A stretch of 64,000 nt of DNA from Clostridia bacterium (GTDB lineage Bacteria > Bacillota > Clostridia > Oscillospirales > CAG-382), in the NCBI GenBank assembly GCA_017456765.1, contig JAFTIR010000021.1:395-64394 (forward strand), written 5' to 3'. Position 1 is the first letter of the stretch; every line of letters starts with the position of its first letter. A program made the translations under genes and the position numbers. The notes below the pieces were generated by a model. The model made no database searches. It saw nothing but the letters and a program-made list of their open reading frames with translations, and had not been told where the DNA came from. Positions 40,567 to 49,478 of this stretch are shown here, piece by piece.

Positions 40567-41541
40567 TTACTCGGCTGTGTTTTCTTTGTCTGTGTCTTCT
40601 TTTGATTCTTGCGGGTAAATGTCGGGAAGTGCCGCTTTCAATGAGGTAATAGCAACCTCAATCTGACTTTCATCCGGCTCCTTTGTAGTAAGTCTCTGAA
40701 TCCAGAGACCGGGTGCAGAAACAATCTTTACAAACAGATTGTTGTGAGTGCCGGCAAACTTTATAAATTCAAATCCCACGCCCACAACAATGGGGAGAAA
40801 GAGTAGCTTTAAAGGCACTCTTGCAATAACGGGAAGATGAATGATAAGAGCTGATGTGATAATGCCGAGGAACATCATAACAAAAAGAAAACTTGTTCCG
40901 CATCTCGGATGAAATCTTGACTGCTTCTTAACGTTTTCAACCGTCAGTTCAAGTCCTGCCTCGTGGCAGAAAATGCTCTTGTGTTCAGCACCGTGGTACT
41001 GGAAAACTCTCTTCATGTCGGGAATGAGCGCACAAAGATAAATGTAGAGAACGAATATAAGTATCTTGACTATTCCCTCGGTAACACTGAGAACAAGTCT
41101 GCTGTCGGTAAAATTCTTAACAAACTCCGCAATCTGCGCGGGAAGATAGATGAAAAGAAGCACCGCAAGACCGAGACCGAGAATTGTACCAACCGCCGAA
41201 GCGATTGCCGTTACACTCTTGCCGAATTTTTCGTTAAGCCACTTTTCAAACTTTGTTTCCTCCTCCTCAATGCCGAGCATGTCTGCCGAACGGTTGAGAG
41301 TCTTAAAGGAAAGAATCATTGTTTCAACAAAATTGACTATGCCGCGTATAACAGGAAGATTTAAGATTTTGTGCTTTGTTCTTATAGACTCGAAAGGATT
41401 TACCTCTGTTGTAATATTCCCGTCAAGGCCTCTGACAGACAGTGCCACAAGGTCCTTCGACTTCATCATGACACCCTCAAGCACAGCCTGACCGCCGACA
41501 GTTCCGAGACGGCAGGAAAGGTTTTCGTTTTTATTGCTCAT
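40567..41541 (-). CDS. DUF1385 family membrane protein
   Basis: GGQAVLEGVMM, FQYHGAEHK, HPRCGTSF, LTTKEPD; upstream of prmC as usual. Confidence 0.92.
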   Translation of the reverse strand: MSNKNENLSCRLGTVGGQAVLEGVMMKSKDLVALSVRGLDGNITTEVNPFESIRTKHKILNLPVIRGIVNFVETMILSFKTLNRSADMLGIEEEETKFEKWLNEKFGKSVTAIASAVGTILGLGLAVLLFIYLPAQIAEFVKNFTDSRLVLSVTEGIVKILIFVLYIYLCALIPDMKRVFQYHGAEHKSIFCHEAGLELTVENVKKQSRFHPRCGTSFLFVMMFLGIITSALIIHLPVIARVPLKLLFLPIVVGVGFEFIKFAGTHNNLFVKIVSAPGLWIQRLTTKEPDESQIEVAITSLKAALPDIYPQESKEDTDKENTAE

Positions 41542-41801
41542 AATATAATCACCTTAAGATTTTAATACAAATATTATACAGAATAATAATCAATTGTATG
41601 GGGACAAACTGTTGAATTAAAGTAAACATCTAAGTAATAATTATTGAATATTTTTCGCAATTTATATTATCAAACGTTTAATGAACCGGGTGTTGTAAGA
41701 TAATACAAAAAAATTCGTCAATTTGAATAATGTTTTTGTATACCCCTTGAAATAAGAATAGAAATGTAATATAATAAAAGAAAAGGGCAGGTGGACATTT
41801 A

Positions 41802-42449
41802 ATGTCGAACTTCACAACTTTTAAGTATGAAACCAAAAGAAACAACCTCTTTCTGCGTGTTTGCAAGGGTCACTTTGCAACCAATGACAGACACAGCAAC
41901 TACTATATAGATGTTGTGGCGCAGAAGGCAAGACTTTCCGAAGCAAAGGCTGTCGCACAGGAACTTAGCTCCTACTATTATCAGTCAACTATTGTTGATA
42001 CAATTCTTTGCCTTGACGGCACAGAGGTTATAGGTGCGTGCCTTGCAAATGAACTTACAAAAGCAAATTTTGTGAGCATGAATGCCCATAAGTCGATTTA
42101 CGTTGTTTCTCCTGAAATAACAAATTCAAGCCAGATTTTGTTCCGTGACAACATTGTGCCCATGATTGAGGGCAAGAGTGTGATGCTTCTTGCGGTTTCC
42201 TATTCCTCGGGCAGAAGCGTTGAGGCAGCCATTGATGCTGTAAAGTATTACGGCGGCTCTGTTGTGGGTGTTTCTGCAATATTCTCGACTGCTGAAAAAT
42301 CAAAGGCAGGTCATCCGATTTATTCCTGCTTCAACCCCGATTTCCTCGGTGATTATCAGCACTTCAATCCTCAGGAATGTCCCATGTGTAAGGCAGGGCA
42401 GAAGCTCGATGCGCTGATCAATGGTTTTGGTTATTCGCTTCTTAAATGA
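41802..42449 (+). CDS. Orotate phosphoribosyltransferase-like protein with degenerate PRPP motif
   Basis: GHFAT..RHSNYY, C-terminal CPMC; the PRPP-loop position reads LLAVSYSSGRS with no acidic pair. Confidence 0.7.
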   Translation: MSNFTTFKYETKRNNLFLRVCKGHFATNDRHSNYYIDVVAQKARLSEAKAVAQELSSYYYQSTIVDTILCLDGTEVIGACLANELTKANFVSMNAHKSIYVVSPEITNSSQILFRDNIVPMIEGKSVMLLAVSYSSGRSVEAAIDAVKYYGGSVVGVSAIFSTAEKSKAGHPIYSCFNPDFLGDYQHFNPQECPMCKAGQKLDALINGFGYSLLK

Positions 42450-42462
42450 TTACAGGTATTTG

Positions 42463-42503
42463 CCCCCGACCGAAAGGTCGGGGGATTGTTTTGCATTTTT
42501 TTT
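42463..42503 (+). terminator. Intrinsic terminator after PRT-like gene
   Basis: CCCCCGACC-GAAA-GGTCGGGGG followed by a T-rich tract. Confidence 0.75.
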
Positions 42504-42724
42504 GGGAGAGAGTTTCGGCACTGCGGTGCCGACCATATTTTGGCCCGCCCCAAAATATGGAAAAAACGCTCCACTTATGTGTCGTGACTTTTAGAGGTCA
42601 CGACACGGGGCGTGGTGCCCCCTTTTAACCCTCTAAGGAATATTTGTAAAAGTTTAAGTTTTCTTTACACTAATAAATGTGGTTTGCCTCGCAAGGCGAG
42701 GCTATAGCCTGCTGTATGGCAGGC
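42504..42724 (+). repeat. Structured repeat copy 3 (core plus 3' module)
   Basis: TCGGCAC-TGCG-GTGCCGA; CCATATTTTGG..CCAAAATATGG-AAAAAA; CCAC at 42571; GTGTCGTGAC..GTCACGACAC; GGGGC-GTGGT-GCCCC; then the module shared with 39362-39445. Confidence 0.88.
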
Positions 42725-42790
42725 AAATGCAGGTGGAGTGGTGAGAGAAAGATATAAGTTTTATTTACTCCTGCGTAGAGAATAAAAAAA

Positions 42791-42918
42791 GAGCCGCCGC
42801 GGCTCGTGTCGAATGTTATGGAGCGAAGCGGAGTTTTCGACACATGAGCGGAGCGTTTTTGGTTTCTTTTGGGGCGTGCCAAAAGAAACTCGCTTCCGCA
42901 GAAGCGAAATTCTCCCCC
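42791..42918 (-). repeat. Structured repeat copy 4
   Basis: Minus strand: TCGCTTC-TGCG-GAAGCGA; GTTTCTTTTGG..CCAAAAGAAAC-CAAAAA; CCGC; GTGTCGAA..TTCGACAC; GAGCC-GCGGC-GGCTC. Confidence 0.9.
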
Positions 42919-42978
42919 AAAGTCGACCGAAAACGTGGTCCGCCGTATGCGGAACCCATAACTTTTTTTATATTCATA

Positions 42979-43007
42979 TTGAAAATCATTTTCCTTTGTG
43001 ATACAAT
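42979..43007 (+). promoter_or_regulatory. Sigma-A promoter of glycoside hydrolase gene
   Basis: TTGAAA-N17-TACAAT with extended TG. Confidence 0.6.
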
Positions 43008-43048
43008 AACTTAAAAGGCGAATACTTTGTTTTTGAGGTGTATTATAA

Positions 43049-45595
43049 ATGAAGAGACTGAATGAATGTCTTACAGACAATTACGGTAGTTATATATTGC
43101 CATTTTTCTGGCAGCACGGCGATTCCCATGCGCTTCTTCGTGAAGAAATTGACGCTATGCAAAGAAGTGGTGCTAAAGAATTCTGCGTTGAGAGCAGAAT
43201 TCACCAGGATTTCTGCAAGGATAAGTGGTGGGAGGACTTCGGCTTTATCTTAGAAGAGGCGAAAAGACGGGACATGGGTGTGTGGCTTCTTGATGATAAG
43301 CAGTTTCCCTCGGGCTTTGCTAATGGTGCCGTTAGCGCAACACCTGAGCTTCAGAAGAAGCATATAGAGCTTTTGTTCAAAGATGTAGTCGGCCCCAAAA
43401 AGGATGCGGCAGTGGTATTGCCAAAGATAGATGAAGCAAACGAGAAAATTATAAATGTCGTTGCTTTCAAGAGAGTGGACGATAGCACAAATGAGCTTTG
43501 CGAGGGCGAGCCAATTCCCCTCATGCAGAACGTTTCCGACGGACTTTTGTTTTTTGATATTCCCGAGGGAGTATACAGAATTTTCTATGTAATTGAAACA
43601 CGCCTTCAAAAAATGGGTGCAAGAATGCACCTTTGTGATATGCTTAATATTGACTCCTGCAGACTTATGCTCTCACAGGTCTATGAGCCGCATTATGAAC
43701 ATTTCAAGGAATACTTCGGCAATACCTTTAAGGGCTTTTTCTCGGATGAACCCTGCTTCGGTAACGAGGCTTCAACCGGCTATTCGCCTTTAGGAAAAGA
43801 GAATGTTGTTCTTCCTTACAGCGATGAGCTTGTTTGTATGCTTTCTGAAAAATGTAAAAAGTCACGCGAGGAAATTCTCTGTCTTTTGCCCTTTTTGTGG
43901 TGTAATCATTCGGATAAAAATCCCGAAATCAGATACTATTACATGGACTGCGTTTCCGAGCTTTATAAGAGAAACTTTTCGCTTCTTCTCGGTAACTGGT
44001 GCCGTGAGCATGGAGTAATGTATATCGGTCATATCATCGAGGATGTAAACTACCATATGCGCCTCGGTGTCGGTGTCGGTCATTACTTCAGAGCAATGGC
44101 AGGTCAGGATATGTCTGGTGTTGATATTGTTCTCAATCAGATGATACCGGGCTTTAATGACCATATACACGCGGCAAACGTCGGTGTAAAGAGGGCAGAC
44201 CCCGAGTTTTACAGATATACACTTGCAAAGCTCGGCTCATCCGACTCCCACCTTGACCAAAAGAAAAAGGGCAGAGCACTGTGCGAAATTTTTGGTGCTT
44301 TCGGCTGGGCGGAGGGTGTGCCAATGATGAAGACCCTTGCAGATAATATGCTTGTGTCGGGTATAAATCATTTTGTTCCCCATGCCTTTACAAACAGATA
44401 CCCCTGTCCCGACTGTCCGCCTCACTTCTACTGCGGCGGAAAAAATCCCCAGTTTGATGCTTTCTCAGACCTTACAAAATATATGCAGAGAATGTGCCAC
44501 CTGCTTTACGGCGGACAGCATGTCAATAATGTTGCGGTGCTCTATAACTGCGATGCCGACTGGATTGCGGGAGAGCATGACCTTTTCCAGAAGGTTGCAA
44601 AAATCCTTGTGCAGAATCAGATTGACTTTGACTTTGTACCCCTGGATTCTTTAGAAAATCTCAATTTCAAAGACGGCGGCTTTGTTATTGGCGACGAGTG
44701 CTTCAAGACTATTGTCGTTTCACGCTCGGCTGTTCTTCCCAAAAAGCTCATTGAAAAATTGAATGTTCTTTCGGAAAACGGTGTTGAGGTAATATTCTGC
44801 GAACATCTTCCCGAACGTTTTGCCGACAGCGATGAAAAGATGAATTGCGATGGCTTTACCACCTCAAAATATGATGAGCTTCCCAAGGCTCTTGACAAGT
44901 ACAGGGACATCACTCTTTCCAAGGAATGTAAATACCTGCGCTACTATCACGTAAAGAACGAGGGTAAGGATGTTTATATGTTCAGCAATGAGGACATATA
45001 CAATGAAATCTGCGTTGATATTACCCTTTCCCACGGCGGAGAGTACATAAAGTACGACGCATGGAATAATAAAACCCTCTGCGGCAAGGCAGACGGCAAT
45101 AAAATTTCCCTTAAACTTCTCCCATCTCAGGCTTCTGTGCTTGTGTTTGAAGAACACGGACAGCAAATCACGGACTTTTACCGCGACTATGAAACTTCAC
45201 CCCTTTGTGCCGAATGGAAAATCAGCATAAGCAAGGACGGGGATGAGTTTTCCGAATTTGACACGACAAGTACACTTTATAACCTTGCAAGAAAAATCCC
45301 CTCATTCTGCGGAAAGGTAAGATACGAAGCTAAGGTGAATTTTGATAAGGTTCCCGAAAAGATTTCGCTTGGCAGTGTCGGTGAAATTGCAAGCCTTTAT
45401 GTCAACGGCGAAAAGTGCGAGGATGCTCTGTTTGTTCCTTATATCTTTGATGTTAAGGATAAGTGTAGGGCAGGGGAAAATGAAATTGTTGTTGAGGTTG
45501 TAACAAACCTTGCTTACCGCGAAAGAGACAGCGCTTCAACCTATCATTCACTAATGCCCATGGGCATGACAGGACCCGTTGAACTTAAATTTTAA
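43049..45595 (+). CDS. Glycoside hydrolase, GH106 (rhamnosidase)-like
   Basis: PFFWQHG, WLLDDKQFPSG, GFFSDEP, EIFGAFGW, GINHFVPHAF; C-terminal beta-sandwich (GENEIVVEVVT). Confidence 0.7.
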   Translation: MKRLNECLTDNYGSYILPFFWQHGDSHALLREEIDAMQRSGAKEFCVESRIHQDFCKDKWWEDFGFILEEAKRRDMGVWLLDDKQFPSGFANGAVSATPELQKKHIELLFKDVVGPKKDAAVVLPKIDEANEKIINVVAFKRVDDSTNELCEGEPIPLMQNVSDGLLFFDIPEGVYRIFYVIETRLQKMGARMHLCDMLNIDSCRLMLSQVYEPHYEHFKEYFGNTFKGFFSDEPCFGNEASTGYSPLGKENVVLPYSDELVCMLSEKCKKSREEILCLLPFLWCNHSDKNPEIRYYYMDCVSELYKRNFSLLLGNWCREHGVMYIGHIIEDVNYHMRLGVGVGHYFRAMAGQDMSGVDIVLNQMIPGFNDHIHAANVGVKRADPEFYRYTLAKLGSSDSHLDQKKKGRALCEIFGAFGWAEGVPMMKTLADNMLVSGINHFVPHAFTNRYPCPDCPPHFYCGGKNPQFDAFSDLTKYMQRMCHLLYGGQHVNNVAVLYNCDADWIAGEHDLFQKVAKILVQNQIDFDFVPLDSLENLNFKDGGFVIGDECFKTIVVSRSAVLPKKLIEKLNVLSENGVEVIFCEHLPERFADSDEKMNCDGFTTSKYDELPKALDKYRDITLSKECKYLRYYHVKNEGKDVYMFSNEDIYNEICVDITLSHGGEYIKYDAWNNKTLCGKADGNKISLKLLPSQASVLVFEEHGQQITDFYRDYETSPLCAEWKISISKDGDEFSEFDTTSTLYNLARKIPSFCGKVRYEAKVNFDKVPEKISLGSVGEIASLYVNGEKCEDALFVPYIFDVKDKCRAGENEIVVEVVTNLAYRERDSASTYHSLMPMGMTGPVELKF

Positions 45596-45613
45596 CTTGA
45601 TTGGAGAGTATTT

Positions 45614-46210
45614 ATGAACGAAGAAACACTTCGCTCCTTGCAGTTTGATTCTGTAAAGGATAAATTTATAAAAGCCTATAATGATGCAATAACTCGTCAG
45701 GGAAGCAGAGAGCTTCTTGACTGGATAACAAACAAGACGGACTTTTTTGTAGCTCCCGCAAGCTCAAAATTCCATAACGCCTTTGAGGGCGGACTCTGTG
45801 AGCATTCCCTCAATGTTTATCAGGCTATGATTGATAGATATAATGACGGCAAACCCGATGAATCCATGGCAATAGCCGCACTTCTTCATGACCTTTGTAA
45901 GGCTGAATTCTATAAGGTCAGCCAGAGAAATGTTAAGAACGAAGCAACGGGCCAGTGGGAAAAGGTAAACTATTACACAATAGAGGATAAATTCCCATTT
46001 GGTCACGGCGAAAAGAGCGTGTTCCTCATTGAACGCTTTATGCGCCTCAAGGTTGAGGAAGCTATTGCAATCCGCTGGCACATGGGCGGCTTTGACGATG
46101 CAGCACGCGGCGGAAGCTACGCCATAAACGGAGCCTTTGAAAAGTATCCGCTCGCAGTAAAGCTTCATATTGCTGACATTGAGGCAACATATCTTATTGA
46201 AAATATATAA
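45614..46210 (+). CDS. HD-domain phosphohydrolase
   Basis: PASSKFH...GGLCEHSLNV, ALLHDLCK, GHGEKSV, AIRWHMG, LHIAD. Confidence 0.88.
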   Translation: MNEETLRSLQFDSVKDKFIKAYNDAITRQGSRELLDWITNKTDFFVAPASSKFHNAFEGGLCEHSLNVYQAMIDRYNDGKPDESMAIAALLHDLCKAEFYKVSQRNVKNEATGQWEKVNYYTIEDKFPFGHGEKSVFLIERFMRLKVEEAIAIRWHMGGFDDAARGGSYAINGAFEKYPLAVKLHIADIEATYLIENI

Positions 46211-46230
46211 GTAATAATGTAAATGAATAT

Positions 46231-46264
46231 AAACAAGACACATCAAAAGAGATGTGTCTTGTTT
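46231..46264. terminator. Bidirectional terminator
   Basis: AAACAAGACACATC-AAAAGA-GATGTGTCTTGTTT between convergent genes. Confidence 0.75.
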
Positions 46265-46327
46265 TCTGTTAAAAAATAATCCGACCTATTTCAAGCTGAT
46301 ATTTGATGTGTGCTCCTCTGTATTAAA

Positions 46328-47170
46328 TTATAGAAAATCAGAATTGCTAAAACTTTTTCTGTACTTTAAAGGAGGGATTCCAACTTCTTTTCTGAAAATT
46401 CTGATAAAGTAGTTAGTGTCGTTATAACCGACAGATTCAGCTATAAGTGAGATGCTGTAAGTTGTTTTTTGCAATTTTTGCTTTGCTTCTTCGATTTTGA
46501 GATGCCTAATGTATTCTGTTGGGTTTTTACAGGTTGAATTTTTAACTGTCTTAAAAAGCATGTTGGATGAAATACCTATATTTTTACAGATGTCTCGTGG
46601 CATGATGGGTTTTTCAATATTTGCGAGAATAAAGCGTTTTACTCTATAAAAAATTGTATCAGATGACTTTTGAATTACATAGGAAAGATTCATGTATTCA
46701 ATAAGTACTTTTAGTGTGTTCATGCAGTATACAATTTTGTCATGGGAGCAAATGGTTGTTTTCTTAAGGCTATTGCGTAGTTCCTCTTTGAATTCGAAAC
46801 TTTCCGGAATGGTGTTGATACTGTTATGAATTTTTTCAAGATTTTCTTCTTCCGCTATTTGTCCCAGCATAAGATAGCCAACAATTTCGTCTTCCTGAAG
46901 GATCGGAAGTATTGCTTCTGTAAGTCCCATATGGCAGCAGTATTGATGTGGTTCCTTTGTTGTGTTAACTTCATCAAGACCATTTTTGTCGCACTTAAGA
47001 CAATTTAAATATAAAGTTCTGTTTTTTCGTACGTTTTTGCAAAACTCAGAATGAATTGCGGGAAAAGAGAATATGTTGTTTTTATTTTCATCCCAAAGAC
47101 TGAATTCCATTCCTGCTAACTTGAAAAAATCAGTACATATTTTTTTTAATTCTTCAATATTTATATCCAT
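46328..47170 (-). CDS. AraC family regulator with PocR-type sensor domain
   Basis: FC..VR...C..CD, CHMGLTEAILPI, GYLMLGQ; C-terminal IAESVGYNDTNYFIRIFRKEVGIPPLKYR. Confidence 0.9.
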   Translation of the reverse strand: MDINIEELKKICTDFFKLAGMEFSLWDENKNNIFSFPAIHSEFCKNVRKNRTLYLNCLKCDKNGLDEVNTTKEPHQYCCHMGLTEAILPILQEDEIVGYLMLGQIAEEENLEKIHNSINTIPESFEFKEELRNSLKKTTICSHDKIVYCMNTLKVLIEYMNLSYVIQKSSDTIFYRVKRFILANIEKPIMPRDICKNIGISSNMLFKTVKNSTCKNPTEYIRHLKIEEAKQKLQKTTYSISLIAESVGYNDTNYFIRIFRKEVGIPPLKYRKSFSNSDFL

Positions 47171-47358
47171 ACATTACACCCTTTTCTATTAATATAATAA
47201 TATTAAATTTTATATTTTCAATGCCAAAAATACAAAATAATATGATGGATATTGTTAATTCAATTGATATGTGCTATTTTTGTCTTTTTAAAATACTATT
47301 ATTTATTAAAAAAATCCCTTATAATTTTCTTGTAATTAATTTTAGAGGAATGAGTGTA

Positions 47359-49419
47359 ATGAAAAATAGCAAGTGGTATGAAAAAAATTACAGACGTCAT
47401 TTACTTGATATGCACATTGCAGACTGGGATGAAAGTTTTCTTTCGGAGTTTTCAGCTGAGACATATTTTGAAAACTTAAAACGTGCTAATGTTACCTGTG
47501 CAATGTTATATTATCAGTCTCATGCAGGACTTTGCTATTATCCGACAAAGTCTGGTAAAATGCATGGTGCTTTCATCGGTAAGGAAGACGAAATGAAAAA
47601 GCTCACCAATATGTGCAGAGCAAATGGTGTTGCTGTTGTAGGATATTATAGCCTTAACTATAATACCTGGGCGCATGATGAACATCCGGAATGGAGAATG
47701 ATAGAAGTTGACGGATGTTCCAAAAGAGATAAACCTTATTCCGATATTCCTCAGAGCTTTGAAAATGCAGGTGGAAGAAGATACGGTCTTTGTTGCCCGA
47801 ATAATGACGATTATCTTAACTTTGTATATAAACAGATTGATGAAATGATTGAATATTTTACGCCCCACGCGTTTTTCTTTGATATGCTTTTCTGGCCTCA
47901 TCAGTGCTATTGTAAACACTGCCAGAAGCGATGGAAGGATGAAACGGGAATTGACGGTCTTCCTACATCCTTTGATGAAAACGATCCTATGTGGAAACTT
48001 CATTATGAGAGAAGAAATTTCTGGATCGGGGAGTATGCTGAAAAGATTACAGCATATGTACATTCAAAGGCTCCGCATCTTACAGTTGAACATAATGTTT
48101 CGGCTGCTGCAAAGGGCGGATACTTCGGTACCTGCAATAAGGTCAATAATGTTAGTGAATTTGCAGGTGGCGACCTTTCGGGGGGGCTTCTTGAAGAATC
48201 GGTTACATGTAAAATGTATTCTGGAATCACAATGAATCAGCCTTTTGAATATATGTTCCCAAAGTGCGAACCCAGCCTTTATAAGCATACACTTACAAAA
48301 ACGGATGATCATATAGAAGCAGCTGTATTCCTGACTGCGGCTCACCATGGCGCGACACTTGTTATTGATGCAATTGATCCTGTCGGAACGATGAACATAA
48401 AAAGCTTTGATGCAATCGGCAGAGCCTTTGCAAAGCAGATACCTTATGAAAAGTATTTTGTTGGTGAGAGCATTGCTGATATTGCAGTGGCTTATGGACT
48501 TGAAAGCAAGAGTTTCGGGCTTCTTGGCAATAAGTATACAAACCATGATACTGCGGTTTCTTTTATCAAAAACATGATTGAGGCGGGCATACCGGTAGAT
48601 GTAGTAAGCAAGAGAAAGGATATGTCAAAATACAAGATGGTATTTGCATCATGCCTTTGGCAAGATGATAAAGAGCTTATTGATTCACTTCTTGAATTTG
48701 CTGAAAATGGTGGAGTCCTGTATGTCGGTGGTGCCGAAAACAAGCCACTCGTTGAGAAAATTACCGGCGGTAAGGTTGTTGGTATGACAACAAGTAACGC
48801 AAATTATTTAGAACCCAAAAATGAATTTGTAGAACTCTTTGAAGGTTTTGACCACGATTATCCTTTGCAGCTTGACGGCTATGTTCCGCTTATAGAACTT
48901 GATAAAAGTAATGGAAATGTCAGAGTACTTGCAACACTTACAGAGCCTTATACCAAGCTGAACGATACAAAGTTTGCTTCAATTCACTCAAATCCTCCCG
49001 GAATTCATACAGATTACCCGACTGCACTTGAGATTGATTATGGTAAGGGTAAGATAATTTATCTTGGATGCCCTATTGAAAACGAAGGTTACATAATTTA
49101 TCAGAAAATTATTAGAAACCTTATAGACAGATATGTGGGTCTTTCAAACCTTTCTGTATCGACAACCTCTCCGACAGATGTTGAAACTGTGGCGTTTAGA
49201 GATGGCAATGATTTTTACATCAATAACGTACTTCTCTATGACCCAAAGAATAAGCCGCATATTCCGTCATTTGAAGTAAGAGTTAAAACCGAATCAAACC
49301 CCAAACGAGTACTTATTTTACCGGATGAAACGGAGGTTGATTTTGTTTTTGATGGTAAGTTTACGACGTTTACCACAAGGGAAACAAAAATATTTGATAT
49401 GTATAAAATTGAAATTTAA
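47359..49419 (+). CDS. Putative glycoside hydrolase (GHL6/GH151-like, with GH42-type trimerization-like domain)
   Basis: RRHLLDMHI, SHAGLCYYPT, VVGYYS, CPNN..Y, FFFDM...CYCKHC; start trimmed to ATG 47359. Confidence 0.7.
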   Translation: MKNSKWYEKNYRRHLLDMHIADWDESFLSEFSAETYFENLKRANVTCAMLYYQSHAGLCYYPTKSGKMHGAFIGKEDEMKKLTNMCRANGVAVVGYYSLNYNTWAHDEHPEWRMIEVDGCSKRDKPYSDIPQSFENAGGRRYGLCCPNNDDYLNFVYKQIDEMIEYFTPHAFFFDMLFWPHQCYCKHCQKRWKDETGIDGLPTSFDENDPMWKLHYERRNFWIGEYAEKITAYVHSKAPHLTVEHNVSAAAKGGYFGTCNKVNNVSEFAGGDLSGGLLEESVTCKMYSGITMNQPFEYMFPKCEPSLYKHTLTKTDDHIEAAVFLTAAHHGATLVIDAIDPVGTMNIKSFDAIGRAFAKQIPYEKYFVGESIADIAVAYGLESKSFGLLGNKYTNHDTAVSFIKNMIEAGIPVDVVSKRKDMSKYKMVFASCLWQDDKELIDSLLEFAENGGVLYVGGAENKPLVEKITGGKVVGMTTSNANYLEPKNEFVELFEGFDHDYPLQLDGYVPLIELDKSNGNVRVLATLTEPYTKLNDTKFASIHSNPPGIHTDYPTALEIDYGKGKIIYLGCPIENEGYIIYQKIIRNLIDRYVGLSNLSVSTTSPTDVETVAFRDGNDFYINNVLLYDPKNKPHIPSFEVRVKTESNPKRVLILPDETEVDFVFDGKFTTFTTRETKIFDMYKIEI

Positions 49420-49430
49420 TCATAAAAATG

Positions 49431-49455
49431 TCCTGACACCATTTCGGTGTCAGGA
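49431..49455. terminator. Hairpin between convergent genes
   Basis: TCCTGACACC-ATTTC-GGTGTCAGGA. Confidence 0.65.
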
Positions 49456-49478
49456 TAAGGTGTTTTTTGTATATTGAT

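Noticed and set aside
39231-42918. CRISPR array or simple terminators as an explanation of the repeats
   Set aside because: No regular repeat-spacer periodicity and no cas genes; the elements have four or more ordered hairpins, and a separate ordinary terminator is present at 42463.
45614-46210. HD protein as a defence-system or prophage marker
   Set aside because: No neighbouring defence, phage or mobility genes; it follows a glycosidase gene and looks like a common stand-alone HD hydrolase.
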